The notes beneath the pieces were generated by a model. It searched no databases. It was not told the origin of the DNA and saw only the letters and a list, made by a program, of their open reading frames with translations. Made by a program: the position numbers and the translations under genes. DNA of 64,000 nt from Eledone cirrhosa (Eukaryota), in NCBI GenBank assembly GCA_964016885.1, contig OZ024740.1, positions 30,938,001-31,002,000 of the forward strand, given 5' to 3'. This document shows positions 10,471 through 21,800 of this stretch, piece by piece; the stretch's first letter is position 1, and every line of letters starts with the position of its first letter.

Positions 10471-13100
10471 GGTCACGGGGGTAGCCATGGGCACAAGAAT
10501 GGGCCCAAACTATGCCAACCTTTTCGTTGGCCATGTTGAGGCCCAAATCTTTGCCCAGTACACCGGCCCCACGCCCAAACTATACGGTCGTTACATCGAC
10601 GACTGCATCGGAGCCACGACCCTCACCCGAGAACAGCTCGACACCCTTCTCTCCTTCTTCTGCTCCTTCCACCCCTCCCTCCACTTCACCACCTCTATCT
10701 CCACCACCCACGTCCACTTCTTAGACATCTCCATCGCCATCGACCCCTCCCACCGCTCCCTTATCACCTCCGCCTTCTTCAAACCCACCTCCTCCCACTC
10801 CTACCTCGACTTCACCTCCTCCTCCCACCCTACACATACTAAACACTCTATTCCCTACTCCCAACTCCTCCGGATCCGCCGACTCAGCCATTTCATCCGG
10901 CGAGGTTACCCCCTCTCTCGCGTCCACACTGCTCTCACTCGCGCCCATGCTGTCCACCGCTCCATCGCCCTCACCCCACGCCACCGCACACCCACCCACC
11001 GTCTCCCCATCCCCATCACCTACCACCCCTCCACCGCACCATCCTCCGCCTCTTCCGACAACTCCAGTCCGACCCCTCCACTTCCCCCATCTTCCCCTCC
11101 GCACCCCTCCCCTCTTTCAAACACACATGCAATCTCCGCATCCTCCTCGTCCAGAGCTCCCTACCCCCCAACCCACACTCTTCTTCCTCTCCCCCCGGTT
11201 CACTTCCCTGCTCCAGGCCCGGTTGCCAGACCTGCCCCCACATCACCAACACCACCACCTTCCAGGGTCCCAACGCCCACACTCTCTCTGTCTGGCATGC
11301 CTTCCACTGCACCTCCTCCAACCTAGTCTATGGACTTCGCTGCACGGAGTGCAGCGCAACCTACGTCAGACTGACTGGACGTCGCCTGGCGGACTGTTTC
11401 ACGGAACACCTCCGGGATATTCGCCTCGGCGGGAGTTCCCCGATCGCCCGCCACTTTCGCTCCCCTGGACATTCTGCCCACCACCTCACAGTCTGTGGCC
11501 TTCTCCAATGCCATGGAACGCCCGCCACCTGCCTCACGGTCGAACAACGCACAATCTTCAGCCTCCAGACCCACACAGCCTCCGGCCTGAACTCCCCACC
11601 CCAATTCCTTTAGCCTTCGGCCGCCCACCCTTCCCCCACCCTTTCCCCCTAACACCTCTAACACACTTCCCCTTTCACGCCCCCCCCCCCTTACCCATCC
11701 CACAACTAACATGCTAACACCCCCCCCCCCCCACCCCACCCCCCAACTAACTATACTAACATCCCCACCCCTCCCCCTAACACGCACACACCCACCTGAA
11801 TATATATACACGCACTCACACTATCCACACACCATACTACCACCACTAACCCTCACCCACACATCCACTCTGACCACCCCACAGCTAACATCACTAACCT
11901 CCCCCCGACCCCACGCACACGAACACACACCATCACACCCACACCTATGTACACCACTCACTCCACACATCCAACCACCACTAACCCCCACTTACACACG
12001 CGCTTTCCACCCTTTCCCCACCACATGTAATACTAACACCCTCTTTACTACACACACACTCTTCCAAACACGCACACACACACCAGTACACTACACTCCC
12101 TCCTCCGTCTCCAACACCTCTTCTCTCCCTCTCTCTCTCCCTCTCCCCGCTCCACCCACACCCCTTCACGCACATACATCCCACTAACACCTCTACTAAT
12201 ATACACCCCATCGCCCCACTTCACCATCTTCCCCCTCCACCCTTCACACCTACCCATCCTCTCCCCTGTCCACCACACCTCCGCACACACAGACACAGAC
12301 ACAGTGCTCACCTCACTCCACTTGTCATCCCACTCTACTGCTAGCTCTTCACCCTGTCTTGACCCTCTGACCACTTCCTGTTGCATGCGCACCCCACTTC
12401 CCTCCACTTTCGACCACCACCAACATTGGATTCTACACCTTCGGTCATCTCTCCAACCATCCACTCCATAACTTGAAAAATATCCAGCATCTCTCCACAC
12501 ATCTGACGGAACTACCTCAGGACCTTACCCACGAACATACACTCACGCATTTTTTTTCGCACCACGCCACCCACATCCACACCACATATAAACACAAACA
12601 CACACGTGCGTACCCCCACATATACACAACCACCGGAATCCGCACGCCACCTCCCCCACCCCCTGAACCCTCTCCTTCCACACGCACACACACACCGACT
12701 TACACTCCACCCCACGCACACACCTTTTCCTGAACATGGAACCTCGTTCTTCCTCAAACCCTCACATACACACGCACACACACTCACGTACATCTACACA
12801 CATACACAAACACCACCTTCAGCCTTCCTTGCTTCGACCCCCCGCCTCCCTCTCCCAACTCCACCTGCCACCACCCTTACACGCCTCACACCCTTCCATC
12901 ACTTGCTCATCTTATTGTTTATTCTTATGTTATTTTTACGTTTATTTTTATTTTTATTTTTATTTTTATTTTTATTTTTATTTTTATTTTTATTTTTATT
13001 TGTTCTCCTTCCCCCTTTTTTCTAAATGTATTTCTACACACCCTCTGAACTCTCTTCCTAACCTATTTACTCCTGAAGAAGGGCTTATACCCGAAACGTA
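10471..13100 (+). mobile_element. 5'-truncated, frameshifted Penelope-like element (Neptune-type): RT, Cys linker, GIY-YIG, long C/A-rich 3' UTR
   Basis: GVAMGTRMGPNYANLFV...RYIDD (PLE RT). Another frame reads CSRPGCQTCPH...NLVYGLRCTECSATYVRLTGRRLADCFTEH...IARHF...GLN (GIY-YIG; stop 11611-11613). Flanked by TA-rich microsatellite. Confidence 0.9.
13069..13100 (+). ncRNA. Minimal type I hammerhead ribozyme core at the PLE 3' terminus (3' strand of stem I absent)
   Basis: CTGAAGA-a-GGG-cttata-CCC-GAAA-CG-TA, then (TA)n. Confidence 0.7.
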
Positions 13101-13312
13101 TATATATATATATATGTGTGTGTATGTATGTGTGCGTGTGTGTGTGTGCGTATATATATACGTGTGTGTGTGTTTGTGTGAAGAGCTCGAATAGATTGAA
13201 TGAAGGAAGAATAGTGCTCTATGTTATCAACAGAGCTGAAATAATATTTTATGGCTAATACAGGGGCATGCTTTGAAACCTAAGGTAGTTATCAACTGTA
13301 TCAAGCAGACAT

Positions 13313-13427
13313 TCTGAGTTCAAATCCCGCCGAGGTTGACTTTGCCTTTCATCCTTACGGGGTTGATAAAATAAAGTATCAGTAATGCACTGGGTAATTG
13401 CTGGCCTTGTGCCTAAAGTAGAAACAA

Positions 13428-13432
<5 letters not shown>
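13313..13432 (+). mobile_element. 3' half of the abundant SINE of this window
   Basis: gagttcaaatccc (B box)...gactttgcctttcatcc...gccttgtgcctaaagtagaaacaatt; many other copies in the window. Confidence 0.8.
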
Positions 13433-13467
<35 letters not shown>

Positions 13468-13473
<6 letters not shown>

Positions 13474-13712
13474 GTGAGGTTTTTTTTTTACAAAGTGAAA
13501 AATAACCGAGGTGTCCTACACGAGTGGAAGTATAAAGAAAAAGGGATGAAATCGAAAATGCAACTGAAGTCTTATTTTTTTTTTAAATATATATATTTAT
13601 TTGGTTCCTTTACCGGTTTCGCAGTTCTTCTGCTTTTCAAATAAATATATATATTTTTTTATAAAAAATAAGACTTCAGTTGCATTTTCGATTTCATCCC
13701 TTTTTCTTTATA
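13468..13712 (-). mobile_element. PLE pseudo-LTR-like fragment with fold-back and truncated hammerhead
   Basis: Inverted arms 13531-13603 / 13638-13712; the loop reads on - strand tTGAAAA-GCAG-aagaa-CTGC-GAAA-CCGG-TA-aaggaac, followed by AATAAA; (TA)n on both sides. Confidence 0.55.
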
Positions 13713-13832
13713 TATATATATATATATATATGAATATAGACATAGAATATTCGAAAATATTCTGTATGTTTATAATAAACATTTTGAAGACCTAATCGCT
13801 ATAGAATAGAATACGTCACGTATTACAATTAG

Positions 13833-13921
13833 ATTCTCGATAAAAGCAAGGGAAGTAATCTACGCGTTTCATTCTCGTTAGAAATCATCAGGACCACATA
13901 TCCAGTGCTTTTATCGAGAAT
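13833..13921 (-). ncRNA. Type I hammerhead ribozyme, copy 1
   Basis: Reverse complement of 14568-14656. Confidence 0.85.
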
Positions 13922-14142
13922 GACACAGCTAGAGACTTATAGAATACTTAGCTGTGTACAGGAACTGGTTTGAAAGAGCGGTTGCCGGTCCGGCAGAAAT
14001 TAGAAATTGGAATAAATGCTCTGAAATAGCGATATATATGTGAATATAGACATAGAATATTCGAAAATATTCTGTATGTTTATAATAAACATTTTGAAGA
14101 CCTAATCGCTATAGAATAGAATACGTCACGTATTACAATTAG

Positions 14143-14231
14143 ATTCTCGATAAAAGCAAGGGAAGTAATCTACGCGTTTCATTCTCGTTAGAAATCATCA
14201 GGACCACATATCCAGTGCTTTTATCGAGAAT
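14143..14231 (-). ncRNA. Type I hammerhead ribozyme, copy 2
   Basis: Identical to copy 1, 310 bp away. Confidence 0.85.
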
Positions 14232-14567
14232 GACACAGCTAGAGACTTATAGAATACTTAGCTGTGTACAGGAACTGGTTTGAAAGAGCGGTTGCCGGTC
14301 CGGCAGAAATTAGAAATTGGAATAAATGCTCTGAAATAGCGATATATATGTGAATATAGACATAGAATATTCGAAAATATTCTGTATGTTTATAATAAAC
14401 ATTTTGAAGACCTAATCGCTATAGAATAGAATACGTCACGTATTACAATTAGATTCTCGCTATTTCAGAGCATTTATTCCAATTTCTAATTTCTGCCGGA
14501 CCGGCAACCGCTCTTTCAAACCAGTTCCTGTACACAGCTAAGTATTCTATAAGTCTCTAGCTGTGTC

Positions 14568-14656
14568 ATTCTCGATAAAAGCACTGGATATGTGGTCCTG
14601 ATGATTTCTAACGAGAATGAAACGCGTAGATTACTTCCCTTGCTTTTATCGAGAAT
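14568..14656 (+). ncRNA. Type I hammerhead ribozyme, copy 3
   Basis: Stem I gtggtc/gattac (two G-U), extended by attctcgataaaagca/tgcttttatcgagaat (16 bp). Core CTGATGA at 14598-14604, stem II ttct-aacg-agaa, GAAA at 14619-14622, palindromic stem III cgcg, GUA cleavage after 14628. Confidence 0.87.
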
Positions 14657-14877
14657 CTAATTGTAATACGTGACGTATTCTATTCTATAGCGATTAGGTC
14701 TTCAAAATGTTTATTATAAACATACAGAATATTTTCGAATATTCTATGTCTATATTCACATATATATCGCTATTTCAGAGCATTTATTCCAATTTCTAAT
14801 TTCTGCCGGACCGGCAACCGCTCTTTCAAACCAGTTCCTGTACACAGCTAAGTATTCTATAAGTCTCTAGCTGTGTC

Positions 14878-14966
14878 ATTCTCGATAAAAGCACTGGATA
14901 TGTGGTCCTGATGATTTCTAACGAGAATGAAACGCGTAGATTACTTCCCTTGCTTTTATCGAGAAT
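14878..14966 (+). ncRNA. Type I hammerhead ribozyme, copy 4
   Basis: Identical to copy 3; cleavage after 14938. Confidence 0.87.
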
Positions 14967-15097
14967 CTAATTGTAATACGTGACGTATTCTATTCTATAG
15001 CGATTAGGTCTTCAAAATGTTTATTATAAACATACAGAATATTTTCGAATATTCTATGTCTATATTCACATATATATCGCTATTTCAGAGCATTTAT

Positions 15098-15102
<5 letters not shown>

Positions 15103-15160
<58 letters not shown>
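15103..15160. repeat. (TA)n microsatellite
   Basis: Pure TA run; others at ~13099-13114, 13433-13467 and 13709-13730. Confidence 0.95.
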
Positions 15161-15165
<5 letters not shown>

Positions 15166-15635
15166 ATTAATAATTACTAGTATGTGTAATTATGACCAGC
15201 AATTTCTTAAACTTGAATGTAAATACATCTAGAATAAACGAAAGCTATTCACAAATTCATAAACTCCTTTCCAACCTTTCACTCACCAGACCCTTATTGC
15301 TCAAGGAAAGCAAAAATCACATTTGACCTTCTAAACCACATGACCAAGCCTCTTTGTCAAATAACCACCAGCCTGTAAGAATTACTGGTATAGGAGTATG
15401 TAATAATTACAGTTATATATGTAATATGAACTAGTGTACAACAATCATTTTACAATCATTTTCCCTGCAAAAGAAGGCGTTGGCCTTGCGGACCCCTAAC
15501 AGACAATGCTTCAGAAATATAATCCAAATTGGGTTCTGCTCATGCCCTGCTTTTATTTAAGGAGACTTTGGCTATTTTTTGTAGCAGATCAAGCAGCAAC
15601 ATAAAATTTCATTCATTGGTTTGTAACATAGATAT

Positions 15636-15823
15636 AATTGTTTCTACTTTAGGCACAAGACCAGCAATTACCCAGTGCATTACTGGTACTTTATTTTATC
15701 GACCCCGTAAGGATGAAAGGCAAAGTAAATCTTGGCGGGATTTGAACACAGACTGTAAAGGGATGTAACTATGCTGGAAAGCATGGCATCCGACTCTCTA
15801 CCGATACTGCCAATCCACCGCCT
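15636..15823 (-). mobile_element. Full-length SINE (~190 bp)
   Basis: Minus strand: ggcggtggattggcagtatcggtaga (A-box-like)...gttcaaatccc (B box)...agtagaaacaatt. Confidence 0.8.
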
Positions 15824-16729
15824 GGATATATAATATATATTTTGTGTGCTCAATGCCAGTACATATGTAATAAATATTAGTATATCGGTACTAGTGTGCA
15901 TGTAGTGGTGCTTGTATACCTATATAATAATTGTTTCTACTTTCGACACAAGACCAGCAATTATCCAGTGTATTACTGGTATTTTATTTTATTGACCCCA
16001 TAAGGATGAAAGGCAAAGTTAACCTCGGCGGAATTTGAACACAGAACGCAAAGGGCCATAACGCTATGCTATAAAGCACAGGTTCTCAACCCATTTAGGC
16101 CAAACGCCCCCTTTTGTCCCTTGAAATCACGAAACGCCCCTACCTTATTTTTCCATTTTTCAATATACTACTGATTTTGATATCAGTAGATTACTAAAAC
16201 ATTGATTAACAATATTCCAAAGATACCATTGCAGGAAGCTGTGAGTATAAATACATTCCTTGAAAGGAAATATATAAATTTCAAAAAAAGGAACATAAAT
16301 GTTCTTTTTTATGAATAAGGACCAGTTGAATTTGTTATATTCCCACCAGGCGATACCAGCTATTTTGAACATTTATACAAGAGCATCTGTGTCTATCCCA
16401 AGAGTGCTCTTATCTGGAAGAAAGTGGCAATTATATCATTTCAAAGCTTTCCAATTTTCCCTTTAATGAAACGGACAGAATAAATGTTGATATCAAACTT
16501 GATGTCTCCCCTGCTTTGTGAGCTTAGAGACCACAGAAGAGGGTTTTCATGACCACGTGGGATGGTATATTTATTAGTAAATGGTAAAATATATACAACA
16601 AATGAGTAATTGAATTGTAGTAGATGGTTTCCAGTCCAGTCAGACTGCAACTACAAATAAAAAAATTGTTAGTTTGCTTTGTAACAATAGCATATCCAGG
16701 TTTTCTTATAAATCAGCTTACTTTAACTT

Positions 16730-17802
16730 TGACTCATTTCAATTGGACCTTTGAGCTTCATGGAGTCGAGCTAACTCTTGACGTGAGGCTGAATTTTCCT
16801 AAGATATAACCGGAGATCTCCACGTGTAATTACATTGTAGCGGTTGCGAGCCTTACTGTGCAGTCTGGAAACAGCACCCAACCTCCTCTTGACTAAGTAT
16901 GAGCTTGGAAAAGGCAGAGCAAATCTCTTAGCCTCTGGATGTAGGTGTGGAAATCAACGCTGAATTTCCTCTTGCATCCCAAAAAGGGGTTCACCTATTT
17001 TGGGAAATCTAATTTTGATCATGTCATCTGCTTGAAGTTCAATGAATTCTTCCTGAAATTTAACGTCCAAATCATCGATGTTAGCTATGAAAGCATCTGC
17101 TATCCACATTGGGATGTCCATCAGCAAAAGGTCGACAAACCGTTCTCTCATGTTGTCTTGTAGTGCACGGAGGTGAGTGGTATAAATTTGGAGTTGGTCA
17201 TCGCTTACAATGTTTTGAACATTGGCGACACTAGGAAAATTATAGAATTCCCATCAACAAAGATTCCTTTCGATGACATACAATTTGGCCAGGAATGTTT
17301 TCACAGCATTCCTTGCTTTAAGCAAGGTGATCTTCTTCCCCTGCAAAGCCAAAATGACGCTATTGCATTTGTCGAAGATGTTGGTGAGGTAGGCGCAGTC
17401 TTGCCTCACATCGAGGGTTTTCTTGTACAGTTCTGTGTTGCGTCCTCGCAGAAACTCTATGATAAAGTCGAAGAGTTCAAAGAAGTGAGTAAAGCACTTG
17501 CCCTTTGAAAGCCACCTCACTTCAGTATGAAGGAGCAACTTGACGAATTCTTCATCATTATCTTGGCACAGTTGCTGGAAAATTCGTTCATTGAGGGAAT
17601 ACCGTTTGATAAAATTGATGACATCAATGGCCACCTGCAAGGACTTGCTCAGAGGCTTGCTGAATTTCTTCGCAGCTAAGTGTTGTCGATGAATGACACA
17701 ATAAACAGCAAATACAGATAGATTTTCTCTCTTCAGAAGAGTGACGAAGCCCTTATGTTGACCGACCATTGCTCTTGCGTCGTCCGTAGCACATGATACA
17801 AT
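16730..17802 (-). pseudogene. Buster-type hAT transposase remnant (C-terminal half, frameshifted)
   Basis: CATDDARAMVG...CVIHRQHLAAK...LLHTEVRWLSKG...LQG...LPFPSSYLV...GDLRLYL motifs. Confidence 0.88.
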
Positions 17803-18210
17803 GTGTGTTGTATGTGGTCCTAGATGTATGTATTACCTGCCTGTGAGTTGTATGTAGTCCTAGATGTATGTATTACCTGCTTATGTATTGCATGTGGTCC
17901 CAGCTGTATGTATTACCTGCTTGTGTGTTGTATGTGGTCCTAGATGTGTGTATTACCTCCTTATGTGTTGTATGTGGTCCTAGATGTATGTATTACCTGA
18001 TTGTGTTATATGTGGTCCTAGATGTTTGTATTACCTGATTATGTGTTGTATGTGGTCCTAGATGTTTGTATTACCTGCCTGTGTGTTTTATGTGGTCCTA
18101 GATGTGTGTGTGCTACCTCCTTATGTGTTGCATGTGGTCCTAGATGTGTGTATTACCTGCTTATGTGTTGTATGTGGTCCTAGATGTATGTGCTACCCGC
18201 TTCTGTGTTT
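17803..18210. repeat. ~40-bp minisatellite, ~10 copies, inside the hAT
   Basis: tgtgttgtatgtggtcctagatgtatgtattacctgct(ta) repeated. Confidence 0.92.
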
Positions 18211-18832
18211 TCTTTCTTTTTTTTATTTGTAATATTATTTATACAATAGGGAATAAAATAGATCTACATAGTGTTAACTCGTTACGGTTGAGTCAATAAT
18301 TTCAGACCTGAAATACATCGTTATCAGTGAAGGAAAGATAAGATTCTAACTGGCTGTGCTCAAAGTGTGCTTGACCCAGATGACTGTGGGGTTTTTCATT
18401 TTTAGGATCTCAATTACCGGTTAATGTCTAGACACACCTGCACACCTGCTCACAGATGCAGTCAGACCATAGTTATGCTGTCTGCAAGCTCAATCAAATG
18501 CATTCACACTGGCTGTCTCAAAGACATACAAACATAGCTTATAAAACTTAACAAAGTAAAGAGTTTTCCAGCGCCCCCTACCCCCCCCCCCCTCAAGCTT
18601 CAAACGCCCTCCTAACGCGACCTTTCTCCCCCCCCCCCCCCCTGGAATTCCGAAACGCCCCCTGGGGGTGCATATGCCCCTCGTTGAGAACCTTTGCTAT
18701 AAAGCATGGTGTCTGACGCTCTACCAATACTGCCAATCCACTGTCCTCATAATGCTCGTATATATGTAATTGTACTAGTACATATATATCTAAACTATAA
18801 TAAAGTAAGGTCTGTGGGACTGTCTACGGTTT

Positions 18833-21800
18833 CATCATCATCATCATCATCATCATCATCGTTTAACGTCCATCTTCCACGCTAACATGGGTTTAGACGA
18901 GAATTGTCCTACTTGAGACAAGATTGGTTGTGTCGCTCGTATAGGACTGTCTGGCAGGTTTTCTACAGCTGGATGCCCTTCCTAACACCAACCACATTTA
19001 CAGTGCGGACTGGGAGGTTTTTACCGTGTTACCTACACGGCCACATTACAGCGTGGACTGTGTGGTTTTTTGTCGTGACACCTACACGACCTCATTTATT
19101 TAGGACTGGACGTTGTGGTACCAACATAACTTTACAGAGAAAGGGGTGGGGTGGGGTAGTGGGAGGGGTGTGTATATTTGGTTAAGAGGTGCCTACTGAC
19201 TGTAGGTTTCGCTTTGCACTTAGGCAAGGCGGATTTTCTGTATTACTGCGTGGCGCCAAAGACCTTGGTCCAGTGACATTGTCTTGGAGAGGTGTAAGTG
19301 TGTGAGGTCGGAATTTATCAAATCGTCCCAGGTTTTTCTGGGTCTGCCTACTCCGTAACTACCATCAATTTTGATCGCCCTGCACTTTTTTATACAGCTG
19401 TCGTCTTTCATGCGCATCACGTGACCGTACCAATGTAGTCTTCTCTCGAGTAAACAGCATCTGATCCCTCTTATAACTAATTTCTCACTTAGTTCATTTA
19501 TGCTTTGCTGTTCACGTATATTACTATTACACATCCAGCGGAGCATGCAAGCTTCGTTCCTCTCCAGTCTGCGTAGATCCTCTGCACACAATGCCCAGGT
19601 CTCACTGCCATGTAACATAGCTGTTCGTATGCAGGCATCATACAGTCTGTCTTTCATTTTTAGAGAGAAACTTTTAGCGGCCAATAGTTGTATAAGCTCT
19701 CTTAACTTTTTCCATCCCATTCTGACTCTGACTATTGTACTTTCTGAGCACCCTCCACCACTGCTGATTTTGTCACCCAGGTAACGGAAGGTGTCCACTA
19801 TTTCTGTAGAACCATCTGGGCAATAGAAGGAGCTAGTATCCTGTGGGCGCTTGCTACTTATTGTACCTGAGCACTGGCCACATATAAAATCTACTTTCTT
19901 AGATAGCTTACCTGTGATCCCACTACATCTTTTATGCACCCATACTTTGCATTTGGGACATAAAATGGAGTTTCTGCCTACTCCTTTCCTACACACTGAG
20001 CATGGCCATTTCCCAGAGGCGACCTGTGTCCTATTTTCCTTCCTACATACTAGAACTTTAGTCTTAGACAAGTTAACTTTAAGGCCTTTTGATTCTAGGC
20101 CATGCTTTCATGTTTGGAATTTCTTCTTTAGTTCATCCATCGATTCAACTATGAGCGTTAGATCATCTGCATATAGAAGTTCCCATGGGCAGCCGGTCTT
20201 GAACTCCTCTGTTATAGCCTGAAGGGCAATAATAAATAGGAGGGGGCTAAGGACAGAGCCCTGATGTACACCAACTTTTGCGCTAAATTCTTCACAATAT
20301 TCATTGTTAATTCTAACCTTGCTGACTGTTTCTTTATATATGGCTTGTATAGCTCTCACAAGCCATTCATCAACCCCTAGTTTTCTAAGGGCCCACCAGA
20401 TAATGGCGCGGGGGACTCTATCAAATGCTTTCTCCAAGTCAACAAAAGCTAAGTATAGGGGTTTACTTTTAGCTAGGTACTTCTCTTGTAGTTGTCGTAC
20501 AATGAAAAGGGCGCCTGTGGTACTTTTACCTGACACAAACCCGAACTGCATTTTGTCTAGATCAATTTGCTCTCTGATTAGTTGCGCTCTAACTTTTTCT
20601 GTGACCTTCATGACCTGATCAATTAATTTAATGCCACTATAGTTTCCTCTATCTAGTGCATCTCCTTTACCCTTGTAGCAGTTAATGATGATGATGCTAC
20701 GCCAGTCATTTGGTATGACCCCGTTCTGTATGACTTGGTTTACTATCCGGGTGACCATGGTGTGTCCCACTGTTCCAGATGCTTTCAGCATTTCAGCAAC
20801 TATCTCCGAAGGCCCAGCTGCCTTGCCTGTCTTCATATCTTTGATTGCCTTATTTATTATACTACCTTCAACTTGCACTGCTGGTCCCTCTATTGGATCG
20901 ATGTGGGGCAGACTATCTTTATCCCATTTATTCTCGTTTAGTAGCCTCTCGTAGTGACACTTCCAAGCTACCTTCTTATCAGCATCAGTGATGGCAAGTA
21001 CACCATCAGCATTACGGACACACTTCTCCCCGACAATATCACGGTTTTCCTTGACACATTGCCTAGTAATCCTGAACACCTCACGTTTTTGGTCCTAGCA
21101 TTGTAGAACATGCTTGAACTTTCTTTCCTCTGCTTCTCTTCTTGCAAAGTACACTTGTCTCCTAGCCACTTGATAGTGTTTTCTACTTCCCCATCCCGCC
21201 ATACTTTCCAAGCCTTGATTGACTCCTCCACCTTACTGTTCCACCACCAAGTTACTCTTCTCCTGCCTATAGGTCTGCTCCAGCCACAGATTTCATCTGT
21301 CGCCTTCAGCAGGTTAACTTTCAGGAATTTTCACTGTTCCTCTATATTGTACGACTCTAATTGCTCTTCCTTACTGTCAAAAGCATCAAGTAATATGCTT
21401 TTAAATTTGTTACTGGCAGTGGGGTCCTTTAACTTCCATATTCTTCTCCTTATGGTAGTCCTCCTCTGTTGTTGAGTACGTCTCGTCCTGACTATGAGGT
21501 CGCTAACTATGAGGCTATGTTGGGAAGTGCATTCTTTGTGGGGGAGGGATTAAGTGTTTACAACAGACACTCTGTCACGTCTTCTGGTAAGGATATAAGC
21601 TATCTGATTGGCGTGTTCCCCTGATCTATAGGTGATCAAGTGATTGTCTCGTTTTTTGAAGTTTGTGTTACAGATAGTTAGGTTATTTGCGTCAAAGAAT
21701 TTCAGGATTCTGGAGCCTTCCTCATTTCTAGTACCAAACCTATAGCCTCCATGGATTCCGTCATAGCCATCACAATGTTGTCCAACATGACCATTTAGGT

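Larger units (their letters stand above)
13731..15102. mobile_element. Retrozyme-like array of 310-bp units with internal inversion
   Basis: Units start at 13731, 14041 and 14351 (partial to 14459); reverse-complement units start at 14457, 14767 and 15077 (partial); (TA)n on both sides; one hammerhead per full unit; no ORF. Confidence 0.85.
16077..18696 (-). mobile_element. hAT (Buster/Charlie-type) transposon, internally deleted
   Basis: TIRs cacaggttctcaac / gttgagaacctttg; 8-bp TSD ctaTAaag at 16069-16076 and 18697-18704; subterminal acgcccc repeats. Confidence 0.93.
15929..18747 (-). mobile_element. SINE copy split by the hAT insertion (15929-16076 + 18697-18747)
   Basis: The two pieces rejoin across ctataaag to match the intact copies at 15636-15823 and 60840-61063. 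Confidence 0.8.

Noticed and set aside
11711-13194. Pro/Thr/His-rich ORFs as a mucin PTS exon of the host gene
   Set aside because: They lie within the PLE 3' UTR and between two exons of one SEA domain; low complexity opens several frames.
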